Origin: an uncultured Planctomycetota bacterium
Lineage (GTDB): Bacteria > Planctomycetota > Planctomycetia > Gemmatales > Gemmataceae
Length of the DNA: 64,000 nt
Assembly (NCBI GenBank): GCA_963849325.1
Contig: CAWKHF010000005.1
Location: 928,001 to 992,000, forward strand
Direction of reading: 5' to 3'
Positions 42,586 to 53,373 of the stretch are shown here, piece by piece. A program made the translations under genes and the position numbers. The notes beneath the pieces are model-generated. The model saw only the letters and a list, made by a program, of their open reading frames with translations, ran no database searches and had not been told where the DNA came from. Each line of letters starts with the position of its first letter. Position 1 is the first letter of the stretch.

Positions 42586-44664
42586 ATGCAACGGCTGCGC
42601 ATTCGCGGGGCGTGCCCGCACGATTGTCCCGATACCTGTGGAATCATCACGGAGGTCGAGAACGGTCAAGCCGTCTCCGTCCGCGGCGATCCCGACAATC
42701 CCATCACGCGCGGCTGGCTGTGCGCCAAGGTCCGGCCCTACCTCCAGCACGTCTATCATCCCGACCGTCTGCTGCATCCGCTGCGCCGCGTGGGAGCCAA
42801 GGGCGAGGGCCGATGGCGGCGCCTGAGCTGGGACGAAGCGCTGGCGGAGATCGCCGCTCGCTGGAAGGCGATCATCGCCGAGTCGGGCGCGGCGGCGATC
42901 TTGCCTTACAGTTTCAGCGGCACGCTCGGCCTGGTGCAAATGATCGTGTCCAGCGCGCGTTTGTGGAACCGCCTGGGCGCCAGCCAGCTGGAGCGCAGTA
43001 TTTGCGGGGCGGCCGCCGAGGCCGCGGTCGTGGCCACGCTCGGCCGGCGCTGGAGTCCAGCGTATGACGACGTACTGCACAGCCGGCTGGTTGTTCTCTG
43101 GGGCCACAACCCCATCTGCACGGCGCCGCACTTCATGCCGTTCTTGCGCCAGGCCCAGCATTCCGGATGTCAAGTCATTGTCATCGATCCGCACCGCACG
43201 CGGACGGCGCGAAGCGCCGACTGGCACCTGGCGCCTCGGCCGGGCAGCGACGGCGTACTGGCGATGGGCCTGGGCCACGTCCTCCTTGCCGAAGGTTGGC
43301 ACGACGAAAAGTGGCTGGAGGCGCACACCATCGGTTGGCCGTTGTTGCGCGAGCGGCTGGCGGAATATCCGCCCCATCGTGTCGCCGCTATTACCGGACT
43401 GGCCGAGGAGGACATCACGAAACTGGCCCGTCTTTACGCAATGCACCGGCCCGGTCTGATCAAGATCGCCGACGGCATCAACCGCAATCGTAACGGCGGG
43501 GAGAACGTGCGCGCCATCTGCGCGCTGCCGGCGTTGACCGGGCAGTACGGCGTCCGCGGCGGCGGTCTGTCCTACAGCACGAGCGATGCCGTGAAATGGG
43601 ACAGCGAGGCGGTCAATCATTGGAGCGACTGTCCGCCGCCGGCGCGGCGGGTGAACATGAACCGTCTCGGCGCCGCCCTGCTCGGCGAGATCGCCGACCC
43701 GCCGATCCGCTCTCTCTACGTCTTCGGCGCCAACCCGGCGACCTCCAGCCCCAACGCCGGCCGCATCGTCGAGGGGTTGCGACGCGAAGACCTCTTCACC
43801 GTGGTCCACGAATTGTTCCTCACCGACACCGCCGATTACGCCGACATCGTGCTGCCGGCCACGTCGCAGCTGGAGCAGACCGACCTCCACAAGGCCTACG
43901 GCACCTCCTTGTTGACGTACAATCGTCCGGCCATCGCGCCGCTGGGCGAATGCAAGAGCAACTGGGAGGTGATGGGCCTGCTGGCTTCCGCGCTGGGCTT
44001 CGACGAGCCGTGGCTGCACCAGAGCGCCGACGAGGTGATCGAGGAGGTGCTGGCCGCGACGGCGGAGCGTCTGCCGCCGCTGCGCGGCATCACCCTGGAC
44101 CGGCTGCGCGCCGAGGGCGCCGTGGCAATCCATCTCGACGATCCGACGCCCTTCGCCGACGGCCGCTTCCCCACGCCCAGCGGCAAGGTCGAGTTGTGTT
44201 GCCCGGCGCTGGCCGAGCGAGGGCTCGATCCGGTGCCCGGCCGCTTCCTGGCGCGAGAGGATGACGGCGGCGTGTCGGCGGATGATCCCGAGTATCCGGT
44301 CGGCGAGTCTCTGCAACTGCTGACAGCCGCCTCGCACCACTTTGTCAGCAGCAGCTTCGCCAACCACCCGCATTTGCTCAAGAACGCCGGCCCGCCGCTG
44401 GTGGAGATCCATCCCGCCGACGCGGCCCGGCGCGGCATCGACAGCGGCGATACGGTCCTCGTGTCCAACGGCCGGGGTTCGTGCCGGCTGCGAGCGGTGG
44501 TCACGGATGCGGTTCGGCCCGGCGTGGTCGCGTCGGCGAAGGGACGGTGGGCCAAGCTCGATGGCGGTCGCAACGTCAACTGGACGACGCCGGACGCCCT
44601 GGCCGACATGGCCGGGCAAAGTACGTTTCACAGCAATCGCGTCTGGCTGCGCCGCGTCGAATAG
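42586..44664 (+). CDS. Molybdopterin-dependent oxidoreductase (DMSO reductase superfamily)
   Basis: CPHDCPDTC...LCAK 4Fe-4S motif, DRLL.PLRR, TDTADYADIVLPA, F.TPSGK.E, EIHP.DA. Confidence 0.9.
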   Translation: MQRLRIRGACPHDCPDTCGIITEVENGQAVSVRGDPDNPITRGWLCAKVRPYLQHVYHPDRLLHPLRRVGAKGEGRWRRLSWDEALAEIAARWKAIIAESGAAAILPYSFSGTLGLVQMIVSSARLWNRLGASQLERSICGAAAEAAVVATLGRRWSPAYDDVLHSRLVVLWGHNPICTAPHFMPFLRQAQHSGCQVIVIDPHRTRTARSADWHLAPRPGSDGVLAMGLGHVLLAEGWHDEKWLEAHTIGWPLLRERLAEYPPHRVAAITGLAEEDITKLARLYAMHRPGLIKIADGINRNRNGGENVRAICALPALTGQYGVRGGGLSYSTSDAVKWDSEAVNHWSDCPPPARRVNMNRLGAALLGEIADPPIRSLYVFGANPATSSPNAGRIVEGLRREDLFTVVHELFLTDTADYADIVLPATSQLEQTDLHKAYGTSLLTYNRPAIAPLGECKSNWEVMGLLASALGFDEPWLHQSADEVIEEVLAATAERLPPLRGITLDRLRAEGAVAIHLDDPTPFADGRFPTPSGKVELCCPALAERGLDPVPGRFLAREDDGGVSADDPEYPVGESLQLLTAASHHFVSSSFANHPHLLKNAGPPLVEIHPADAARRGIDSGDTVLVSNGRGSCRLRAVVTDAVRPGVVASAKGRWAKLDGGRNVNWTTPDALADMAGQSTFHSNRVWLRRVE

Positions 44665-44678
44665 GAGTTCGACCCGAC

Positions 44679-45464
44679 ATGGGGAACTGGTGGGAACACA
44701 TCCCGTCGTGGCTGCGCGAGTACGCCCTTCGCCTGTCCGGTGCGGTGCTGATCCTGTTGCTGGGCTGGGTGGCCAACCGTCTGCTGGTGGGACCGCTGCG
44801 CCGTCTGCTCGGCCGCAGTCGTCTCGACGTTTCCGTGGCGTCGTTCCTGGTCAACTCAGTTCGCACGGCCATCCTGCTGGTGGTGCTGCTGGCGGTGCTC
44901 CAGCAGTTCGGCCTGGAGACGACGTCGCTGTTGACCCTGCTCGGCACGGCGGGCCTGGCCGTGGCCCTGTCGCTGCAAGGTTCGTTGGCCAACTTCGCCT
45001 CGGGACTGCTGCTCTTGGCCTTCCGCACGGTACGCATCGGCGACTGGATTGAAGTTGGCGACGTGCGCGGCCGGGTCAGCGAGATGCTGCCCTTCCACAT
45101 TGTCCTGGAGACGCCGGACAACCAGCGCATCACCGTGCCCAACACTCTGCTGACCAACGGACCCGTGCGCAACAACACGTTTCTGCCGGCGCGGCGCGTG
45201 CAGTGGACGTTACCCGTCGGTGCCCGCGACGACCTCGACGCGGTCAAGGCCGCGCTGCGGGCGCGCTTGCAGTCCGAGCCGCGCATCGCCAAGGAACCGC
45301 CGCCGCAACTGTTCGTCCAGGAGTGGACAGCGGACAAACGCACGCTGGTCGTAACCGCGTGGACGGCGACCGCCGATTACCTCGACGTGCAGCAGGACAT
45401 GCTCGAAGAGTTGGGCAAGACTGCCGAAGGCGTGCGCGCTGCCCAAACTTCACCCAGCCCATGA
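44679..45464 (+). CDS. mscS: Small-conductance mechanosensitive channel (MscS family)
   Basis: LG..GLAV.L.LQG.LANFASG...F....IGDWI...G.V......VPN. Confidence 0.85.
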   Translation: MGNWWEHIPSWLREYALRLSGAVLILLLGWVANRLLVGPLRRLLGRSRLDVSVASFLVNSVRTAILLVVLLAVLQQFGLETTSLLTLLGTAGLAVALSLQGSLANFASGLLLLAFRTVRIGDWIEVGDVRGRVSEMLPFHIVLETPDNQRITVPNTLLTNGPVRNNTFLPARRVQWTLPVGARDDLDAVKAALRARLQSEPRIAKEPPPQLFVQEWTADKRTLVVTAWTATADYLDVQQDMLEELGKTAEGVRAAQTSPSP

Positions 45465-45606
45465 AGCTACTTCGTCCTTCCGATCCTCGATGGGCTTTTC
45501 CGCCTCCGGGAGTATGATAATACCGTTTTCCCTCCCGTGGCTGGGCACGGAGGTGCGGTGATCGGCGCAATTGACGCCGGGTAGATGCTTTCCAAGGGGG
45601 CGGAAT

Positions 45607-46701
45607 ATGGATCGCAGAGTTTTCCTGCGTGGTGGCGCGATCGGGGCCGCCACGCTGGGTGCCGCCGGGGCCGAGCCGGCCGACAAGGGCGCGCCCGTCG
45701 TCAAGTCCCGGCTCAAGGCGGGCCATCAACATCACTCCACCGACGCCGACCTGCGCGTCCTGTCCGCGCTGGGAGTCAATCACATTTGCAGCGCCCTGCC
45801 CTCCCGCCGCTTCGACGCGAACTGGTCGGTCGAGGGACTGTCGCGCTTGCGCGAGCGCGTCGAGAAGTTCGGCATCCAGCTGGACATGGTCCCGCTGCCG
45901 TTGAGCAGCTCTCCCATCAGCCGGGTCGAGAACCCTCACATCATGAGGGGCAAAAGCCCGGAGCGCGACCGCGAGATCGACAACCTTTGCCAGATGATCC
46001 GCAACGCGGCCAAGGTGGGCATCCCGGCCGTGAAGTACAACCTCTCGGTCCTGGGCGTGGTCCGCACTCCGAGCACGCGCGGCCGCGGCGGCGCGGCGTA
46101 CAGCACCTTCGTCTTCAGCAAAGCTGTGCAAGGTCCGCCGCCCGAGGAGACCGGCCCTCTCGACGCGGACGCCATGTGGGAGCGCATTACCTATTTCCTG
46201 CGGCGCGTCGTGCCGGTGGCCGAGGAGTGCAAGGTGCGACTGTGCTGTCATCCGCACGATCCCGGCATGCCGCGCGGCAAGGGCTTCCGCGGCGTCGAGC
46301 GCGTCCTCGGCTCCGTCGAGGGGCTGAAGAAGTTCGTCGGCATCATGCCGAGTCCGTATCACGGCTTGAACTTCTGCCAGGGCACCGTGGCCGAAATGTT
46401 GGAAAAGCCCGGCGAGCAGATTTACGACGTGATTCGCTGGTTCGGCCGTCGCGGCAAGATCTTCAACGTCCATTTCCGCAACATCAAGGGCGGTTTCCTC
46501 AACTTCCAGGAGACCTTTCCCGATGACGGCGACGTGGACATGCCGCGGGCATTGCGCGTGTACAAGGAGGTTGGTTACAACGGCATGATTATGCCCGATC
46601 ACGTCCCGCGCATCGAGGGCGATAGCGGCGGAGCGCAGGCGTTCGCCTATGCTTTCGGCTACATCCAGGCGTTGATCCAGGTGGTCAACGGCGAAGCGTG
46701 A
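45607..46701 (+). CDS. Mannonate dehydratase-like (UxuA family) protein with Tat-type leader
   Basis: [10 protein letters not shown] leader; HPHDP, GLNFCQG, HFRN, F.E.F.D.GD.DM, MPDHVP, AY..GYI.AL. Confidence 0.8.
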   Translation: MDRRVFLRGGAIGAATLGAAGAEPADKGAPVVKSRLKAGHQHHSTDADLRVLSALGVNHICSALPSRRFDANWSVEGLSRLRERVEKFGIQLDMVPLPLSSSPISRVENPHIMRGKSPERDREIDNLCQMIRNAAKVGIPAVKYNLSVLGVVRTPSTRGRGGAAYSTFVFSKAVQGPPPEETGPLDADAMWERITYFLRRVVPVAEECKVRLCCHPHDPGMPRGKGFRGVERVLGSVEGLKKFVGIMPSPYHGLNFCQGTVAEMLEKPGEQIYDVIRWFGRRGKIFNVHFRNIKGGFLNFQETFPDDGDVDMPRALRVYKEVGYNGMIMPDHVPRIEGDSGGAQAFAYAFGYIQALIQVVNGEA

Positions 46702-46714
46702 TGGAGGGCAGTCG

Positions 46715-46762
46715 GAGCCTGAAGCGTAAGCGAAGGATTTTCTTCGCTTACGCTTCAGGCTC
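46715..46762. repeat. Palindromic repeat family B
   Basis: GAGCCTGAAGCGTAAGCGAAG-gatttt-CTTCGCTTACGCTTCAGGCTC; contains the stop of the YbaK-like gene. Confidence 0.9.
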
Positions 46763-47258
46763 GGAGACTTAACCCGTGCTGAACGGAAGGGCGCGGCCGG
46801 GACGGCGAGCGGCGGGCAAAACGAAGGCGGCGCGGGTTCTCCAGGCGCTCGAAGTCTCGGCAGCGCAGACGGACGGCCTCGAACTGGGTGTGCGTCTCCA
46901 GCACAATGAGGGCATCCGGCGCGATGGCGTCGTCGAGCAAGGTCGAGAGACCGTAGCGCGTCCCGAACGGCGGTACGACGCCCCACTCGCAGTCGGGGAA
47001 AACCGCGGCGACCTCGCGGTCGGTGGCCAGCCGTACCGGCCCGCCCAGCTGCTCGATCAGTACCGTGGTATCGACCTGATGCGTCGCCGGCAGCACGGCC
47101 AACAGGTAGCCGGACGGACCCGCCAGCAGCACACACTTGGCGACCTGCTCGCCGGGCACGGACAGATACTTGGCTCGTTTCTGCGCCGTGTACGCCGGCG
47201 GATGTGGCAGCCATTCAAAATCAATCCGCTGTTCGAGCAGATATTCGTCGATGTGCAT
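46755..47258 (-). CDS. YbaK/EbsC aminoacyl-tRNA deacylase family protein
   Basis: HP.AYTA...A......VAK.V, AVLP, LA...E....FPDCE.G..PPFG. Confidence 0.85.
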   Translation of the reverse strand: MHIDEYLLEQRIDFEWLPHPPAYTAQKRAKYLSVPGEQVAKCVLLAGPSGYLLAVLPATHQVDTTVLIEQLGGPVRLATDREVAAVFPDCEWGVVPPFGTRYGLSTLLDDAIAPDALIVLETHTQFEAVRLRCRDFERLENPRRLRFARRSPSRPRPSVQHGLSLRA

Positions 47259-47535
47259 GACGACCTCTCCTGTTCCGAGATGCCCAGAGGGCGTCAGTCG
47301 CGAAGAATGGGGGAGACGATCGGGGTCGCTTTCGCCCCGATGCGGTCTTGCTGAAATATAACAGCGGAAGGCCCGCCGTCTGAGGACGGCGGCGTCCGGT
47401 TCCGCGATTCGGTCCCTTCGCGGCTTCCGGCACTGCGGAGGATAGCGGTTTTTCCATCGCCCCTCCGCGAACCCGGTCGCGAGCAGTCCAGACGGCCTTC
47501 GGAGGATGCGACAAGCGAACGGACGGAGAAAAGTG

Positions 47536-48367
47536 ATGTTTCTCGATGCGGAGATGGAAATTCTTCGAGCCGACCTGCCCCGCGGCCGCTTCCGCTCCGT
47601 GCTCTTCGACTTCGACGGCACGCTGTCGCTCATCCGCGAAGGTTGGCCGCAGGTCATGGTCCCGCTGATGGTCGAGGTGCTGCGCGAGACCGGCACCCGC
47701 GAGACCGAGGCGGAGCTGACGGCCGAGGTGGAAGAGTTCGTCATGCGTCTGAACGGCCGGCAGACGATTTACCAGATGATCCAACTGGCCGAGGAAGTGC
47801 GGCGGCGCGGCGGCCAACCGCTCGACCCGCTGGTCTACAAGCATCGCTATCACGACCGGCTCATGGAGCGCATCCGCGATCGTCTGTCCGCCCTCCAGAC
47901 GGGCAGCGCGACGCCCGAAGAGTGGACTGTGCCCGGTAGTCACGCCTTGCTGGACAATCTGCGCCGTCGTGGCCTGACTCTGTACCTGGCCAGCGGGACC
48001 GATCTGAAATACGTGCGCCACGAGGCGGACCTGCTCGGTCTGACCGAGTATTTCGGCGATCGCATCTACGGGGCGCTGGACGACTATCATAACTTCTCCA
48101 AACAGATGATTATCGAGCGCCATCCTGCGCGAGAATGATCTGCACGGCGAGGAGTTGCTCGGTTTTGGCGACGGCTTCGTGGAGATCGAGGAGATCAAGC
48201 GCGTCGGCGGCGTCGCCGTGGCCGTCGCCAGCGATGAGGTCAACCGGCGCGGCGTCCACGCCTGGAAGCGGGACCGGCTGGTACGGGCCGGTGCCGACAT
48301 CGTCATCCCGGAATATCGCCGGCACGAGCGGCTGCTGGCGTACCTGATGGGGGAAGAGGGGCCTTGA
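47536..48367 (+). CDS. HAD family hydrolase; one frameshift near 48120
   Basis: FDFDGTLS, LASGTD, K, GFGDG..EI. Confidence 0.85.
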
Positions 48368-48492
48368 AAGAAGGCCGGCCTGATCCTCTCGGTTTTTTTG
48401 AGTAGGATGAATCCGGGTGACGGGACCGTTCCTCGCACGGCTCGCCGTCTCCCTCCTCGGATGTCCTCGCCAGGTTGACCGCGAAAGTTACC

Positions 48493-50060
48493 ATGCTGAT
48501 TTCATCCTCCCGACTCGTCGTTCTCTCGGCTGCTATCGTTCTCGCTCCGCTGTCGTCCGGCCGGGCCGCCGACGGGTTGGAGTCCCGTGTCAAGGAGATC
48601 CTCGCGCGGCCCGAGTACAAGCACAGCCGATGGGGTCTCCTCGTCGTGGATGCCGACAGCGGCAAACCGATCCTGGAGCACAACGCCGACCAACTCTTCG
48701 CTCCCGCCTCGGTGACCAAGCTCTACACCTGCGCCGCCGCGCTGATCGCCTTCGGGCCGGACTATCGCTTCCGCACGCCCGTCTATCGTCGCGGCGTGCT
48801 GACCGACGGCACTCTCCAGGGCGACCTCATCCTGGTCGCCAAGGGCGATCCGACGCTGGGCGGCCGCACCGACGCCAAGGGGCACCTGGTCTTCCAGAAC
48901 TTCGATCACACCTACGCCTCCTTCGTCAGCACGTTGCCCCAGTTGACCGACACCGATCCGCTGGCCGGACTGCGGGAGCTGGCCCGGCAGGTGAAGAAGA
49001 GCGGCGTCCACAAGGTCGAGGGCGACGTGCTCATCGACGATCGCCTGTACGCGCCGGCCTTCAGCAGCGGCAGCGGTCCCAAGATCATCACGCCCATCAT
49101 GGTCAACGATAACCTGGTGGACGCGATCATTACGCCGGGCAAGGCGGTCGGCGAGCCGGCTTCCGTGCAGTTTCGTCCGCCCAACGGGATGATTCAGATC
49201 AACGTCCAGGTCGAGACGCGTCGCCGCCGAGAAGAAACCGAACATCACGGTCGAGCTGGTTGGGATCGGTCGATACGTCTTGCGCGGCGGCATCCCGCTC
49301 GGTTCGCCGCCGCTGCCGCGCATCTGTCCGGTGACGGACCCGGAAAGCTTCGCCCGCGGTCTGTTCATCGAGACGCTGCGGAAGGAAGGGGTGGCCGTCA
49401 AGGCCAGCGTCTTGAGTCGGCCGACCGCCATCTTGCCGGAGGCGGACGGCTATGCGGGACTCACGCGGGTCGCCCGCTACGAGTCGCCGCCGATGTCGGA
49501 GCTGCTCCGCGTCATCCTCAAAGTCAGCCACAACCTGTACGCCAGCTCGCTGCCGTTGCTGCTGGCGTCCAAGCACGGCAAGCGAACGCTGGCGGAGGGC
49601 ATGGCGCTGCAAGGCAAGCTGTTGGCCGACCTGGGCGTGGACGTCAAGGACATCGCCCTGGAGAGCGGCGCCGGCGGCGGCTCCTGCGACAACGTGACGC
49701 CGCGCGTGACCGTGCAGCTGTTCGCGCGCCCTGTCCCGCCGGCCCGATTTCCCCGTCTTCCGCGCGGCGTTGCCGATACTCGGCGTCGATGGCACGCTCG
49801 TGGACGTGGTCGAGAAAGACAGCCCGGCTCGCGGCAAGGTGATGGCCAAGACGGGGACTTATCCCGATACCGATCTGCTCAACGACCGCATGTTTCTCCG
49901 CTGCAAGTCGTTGGCGGGCGTGATGACCACCCGCAACGGCCGCAACCTCGTGTTCGCCCTGTTCGTCAACGACGTGCCGCTGCCGCCGGGCGTTCCCACC
50001 ACGCGCGAGGCCAAAGCCCTCGGCCGTCTGTGCGAGATCCTGTACCAGTACACGCCCTGA
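48493..50060 (+). CDS. dacB: D-alanyl-D-alanine carboxypeptidase/endopeptidase (PBP4, S13); frameshifted
   Basis: PASVTK (SxxK), GDP.L, KVSHNLYA (SxN), AKTG across three frames. Confidence 0.85.
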
Positions 50061-50063
50061 CCT

Positions 50064-50150
50064 TAGGGACTAGGGACTAGGGACTAGGGACTAGGGACTA
50101 GAGAAGAAGAATCCTCTTCTCTAGTCCCTAGTCCCTAGTCCCTAGTCCCT
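50064..50150. repeat. Heptamer tandem/inverted repeat family E: (TAGGGAC)5 ... (TAGTCCC)4
   Basis: Read directly from sequence, between the dacB stop and the epimerase RBS. Confidence 0.95.
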
Positions 50151-50168
50151 GCGAGGGGAGGATCGGCC

Positions 50169-50924
50169 ATGTCCGTTGTCCTCGTCACCGGCGCGACCGG
50201 CGAGGTAGCGCGCGGAGTGCTGCCCTGGTTGGAGCACGAGTTCGCGTTGCGTCTGCTGGCGCTCGATCCTCCCGGTGACGATCCGCGCCGCCTCCAGGCC
50301 GATTTGCTCGACTGGGACGCGCTAACGAGCGCCCTGCGCGGCATCAACGCCGTCCTGCACCTGGCCGTCGCGCCGGGGCACTCCGGCGTGTACGAAGACG
50401 ATGTCTTCAACGACCGGCGCTTCGACGTCAACGTCAAGGGCACCTATCACGTTTTCGAGACGGCGCGCCGGGCGGGCGTCCGTCGCGTCGTCCACGTCAG
50501 CAGCCTGATGGTCGTCTGGGGACATGGGAACGCGGCGCCGGTGCCCGGCGATGCGCCGCCGCGGCCGGCCGGAACCTACGCCTTGACCAAGACCCTGTCC
50601 GAAGAAATCGCTCGCCATTACGCCGTCGCTTTCGGCATGGAAGTCGTCACGCTCCGCATCGCGGCGCCGCTGGACCTCCGCGATCCCGACTTGACCCGCA
50701 AGCCGATACGGCCGCAGCAGGTGCCCTTGCCCGATCTGGCCCAGGCGTTCGTCCGAGCGCTGACGGCGCCCCTCGATCGCTATGAGGTCGTCACCATCGT
50801 CGGCGAGAGTTCGCGGCGCGTCTGGGATCTGGGACCGGCGCGGCGCGTCCTCGGTTACGAGCCGCGTTATCGGCTCGATGACCTGGGACTTTGCTGGGCC
50901 GAGCCGTTCGATGTTGAGCCGTGA
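50169..50924 (+). CDS. NAD-dependent epimerase/dehydratase (uronate dehydrogenase-like SDR)
   Basis: VTGATGEVA, VLHLA, NV.GT, SS, YALTK (YxxxK). Confidence 0.85.
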   Translation: MSVVLVTGATGEVARGVLPWLEHEFALRLLALDPPGDDPRRLQADLLDWDALTSALRGINAVLHLAVAPGHSGVYEDDVFNDRRFDVNVKGTYHVFETARRAGVRRVVHVSSLMVVWGHGNAAPVPGDAPPRPAGTYALTKTLSEEIARHYAVAFGMEVVTLRIAAPLDLRDPDLTRKPIRPQQVPLPDLAQAFVRALTAPLDRYEVVTIVGESSRRVWDLGPARRVLGYEPRYRLDDLGLCWAEPFDVEP

Positions 50925-51046
50925 TCCATGCCGGAGTGGCCCGCTCTCCGACCGCATCCGTTGGGCCGATTTCCCTCCGAAGCCTTGATCCTCTCGGTCG
51001 ATCCTGTTAAGACTAGACTTTTCCCGCATAACCAAGAGGGACAACC

Positions 51047-52120
51047 ATGCGTCACTGGATTGGAGCTTTCCTCGCCGCTGGGATCGCGGCAACCTCGCTG
51101 ATGGCCCTGGACAAACCGGCCGACGAAAAGGGCAACGACCGGGCCTCTCAGTTCGAGATCCTCCAGAAGGACTTCCAGAAGACCATCAACGAGGTGGTCA
51201 AGGAATTTCAGGCGGCCAAGACGTCCAAGGAGCGGCAAGCGATCCTGGATCGGCTGAGCAAGGAATACAGCCCGCGCGTCGTCAAGCTCGTCGAAGCCGA
51301 CCCCAAGGACAAGCTCTCCTTCGAGATTCTGCTGTGGGGCGCGGAGAACGTGCCGCAAATCGATACCAAGGTGTACGACCTGCTGACGGAGCATTGGGCC
51401 ACGAACGCCCGAATCAAGAGTGTGTGCCAGGCGATGTCGTCCCAACCGTCCAGCGCCACGAAATTGTTCCGCAAGGTGCTCGAGGAGAACCCGGACAAGG
51501 ACGCTCAGGGTCTGGCCTGCTTCGCCCTGGCGAAAACCGCCCTGAAGAAAAGTGAGTCGGAAGGCGATCCGAAAGCGGCTGAGGAAGCCGAGAAATTCTA
51601 CGAACGGGTGAGCCGAGATTTCGCCGACGTGAAGGCGAAACGCGGGGCCGCCCTGGGCGTTCAAGCCAAGGACGCCCTGAGCGAAATTCGCGCGCGCGGG
51701 GTCGGCAAGACGGCGCCGAACGTCCAGAGCGAGGACCTGGCCGGCAAGAAGGTCCAGCTGAAGGATTACAAGGGCAAGGTGGTCGTGCTCGACATCTGGG
51801 CGACCTGGTGCGGTCCCTGCCGGGCCATGATTCCGCACGAGCGCAACATGGTCAAGAAGCTGAAAGACAAGCCGTTCGCCCTCATCAGCGTCAGCGCCGA
51901 CGAGACGAAGGACACGATCAAGGAGTTTCTCGACAACGAATCGATGCCGTGGACGCACTGGTGGAACGGCCCCAGCGGCGGCATCCTCAAGGACTGGAAC
52001 GTCCAGTTTTTCCCGACGATCTACGTCCTCGACGCCAAGGGCGTCATCCGCTACAAGCACGTCCGCGGCGACGAGCTGGAAAAGGCGGTCGAGAAGCTGC
52101 TCGCGGAAGTCGAAAAGTAA
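51047..52120 (+). CDS. Secreted TlpA-family thiol:disulfide oxidoreductase
   Basis: Signal peptide; DIWATWCGPC; FPT.YVLD..GVIRY. Confidence 0.9.
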   Translation: MRHWIGAFLAAGIAATSLMALDKPADEKGNDRASQFEILQKDFQKTINEVVKEFQAAKTSKERQAILDRLSKEYSPRVVKLVEADPKDKLSFEILLWGAENVPQIDTKVYDLLTEHWATNARIKSVCQAMSSQPSSATKLFRKVLEENPDKDAQGLACFALAKTALKKSESEGDPKAAEEAEKFYERVSRDFADVKAKRGAALGVQAKDALSEIRARGVGKTAPNVQSEDLAGKKVQLKDYKGKVVVLDIWATWCGPCRAMIPHERNMVKKLKDKPFALISVSADETKDTIKEFLDNESMPWTHWWNGPSGGILKDWNVQFFPTIYVLDAKGVIRYKHVRGDELEKAVEKLLAEVEK

Positions 52121-52145
52121 GAGCGCTTGCCCAGCAATCATTTCG

Positions 52146-52210
52146 GTTAGCCGCGACGCGCAGCGGAGCGCGGGAGCACTCCCGCGCTCCGCTGCGCGTC
52201 GCGGCGAAAC
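52146..52210. repeat. Palindromic repeat family A
   Basis: GTTAGCCGCGACGCGCAGCGGAGCGCGGGAG-CA-CTCCCGCGCTCCGCTGCGCGTCGCGGCGAAAC between convergent genes. Confidence 0.9.
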
Positions 52211-52225
52211 TTGCGGCGCGGTCGT

Positions 52226-53272
52226 TCATTTCTCACGCGCGAAATCCGTCACGGCGACGATCGCGCCCGTATCGACCGAGCGCTGCGCCGCCAGGCACAG
52301 CGCCACCGACCATTTGCCGTCCGTCCCCGTGGCCGCGATCGGGCCTCCGTCGCGCACGGCGCGGACCATCATCGCCATCTCGTCTTCCAGCTCGTACACC
52401 TCGCCGGTGATTTTCGTGATGGGGATGTTCTCGGTCTTCGTGCCGTCGTGATACTGGAGCGAAAAGCGCGGATGGAAGTCGCGGTCCATGGCGCCGCTCC
52501 AGCTCGCTCCCAGCGCGCCGCGCGTGCCGGTCAGCTTGACCACCTGATGATGCTCGAACGCGGCCAACGTCTGCGAAATGACGGCGTATTCCCCGCCGGC
52601 GAAGGTGAGAAGGGCGCTGAAATTGTCCTGCAATTCGGGATGGCCTTCCTGTTTCGAGTTGGCGCGCGCGTACACCGTGACCGGCTCGCCCGCTCCGGCG
52701 AGATACCAGCGTGCCATGTCGAAAAAGTGGATGGGTTCTTCGAGCACCCAATTGCCGACGCGGTTGATGTCGTAACGCCAGCCCTCCGCGCCGAGACGGT
52801 ACGGCCTCCGCCATAGCTCGATGAGCAAGTACAGCGGCCGGTCGACGGCGCCGGACTCGACCATCTCGTGCATCTTGCTCCACAGGGAGGAGAGGCGGAA
52901 TTCGTGGCCGATCGCCAGGCACTTCCCACGGGCACCGGCCAGCGCGATCAGCTCGTCGCACTCCGCCACGCGCAGCGCCATCGGCTTTTCCAGCAACAGA
53001 TGCCGGCCGGACTCCAGCACCGCTCGGCCGACCTCGTAGTGCAGGTAGGTCGGCAGCACCACATCCACCACGTCGAGTTGTTCGCGTTCGAGCAGGGCGC
53101 GATAATCCTCGTAGACGTGGGCCGTGGGATGATCGTTTTGGGCGGCGGCGCGCGTCTTCTCCGAGCGCGCCGCGATGGCGGCCAGCTCCGCCCCTTCCGT
53201 CTTGGCGATGGCGCGGGCGTGATGACTGCCCCAGGCGCCGTAACCGATCAGTCCGAAACGAATGCTGCTCAC
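52226..53272 (-). CDS. Gfo/Idh/MocA family oxidoreductase
   Basis: GLIGYGAWG..H, P...H, EKPMA, H.FD; GTG start inferred. Confidence 0.9.
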   Translation of the reverse strand: MSSIRFGLIGYGAWGSHHARAIAKTEGAELAAIAARSEKTRAAAQNDHPTAHVYEDYRALLEREQLDVVDVVLPTYLHYEVGRAVLESGRHLLLEKPMALRVAECDELIALAGARGKCLAIGHEFRLSSLWSKMHEMVESGAVDRPLYLLIELWRRPYRLGAEGWRYDINRVGNWVLEEPIHFFDMARWYLAGAGEPVTVYARANSKQEGHPELQDNFSALLTFAGGEYAVISQTLAAFEHHQVVKLTGTRGALGASWSGAMDRDFHPRFSLQYHDGTKTENIPITKITGEVYELEDEMAMMVRAVRDGGPIAATGTDGKWSVALCLAAQRSVDTGAIVAVTDFAREK

Positions 53273-53373
53273 GATGGTCTCCGATTCCCTGGCGGCATCT
53301 ATCCGGTGGATGGAGAGCATTGTATTATAGAGGGCCGTCGAGGCAGCCCGGAATCGCGGCGGGAGGTAGATCG

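Noticed and set aside
50064-50150. Possible CRISPR array (also the 10-mer units at 24000 and 58942)
   Set aside because: Units are 7-10 nt, contiguous, without unique spacers; no cas genes in the window
29893-52120. Selenocysteine recoding in redox proteins (AhpD-like, Mo-oxidoreductase, TlpA)
   Set aside because: All catalytic motifs use normal Cys codons; no in-frame TGA
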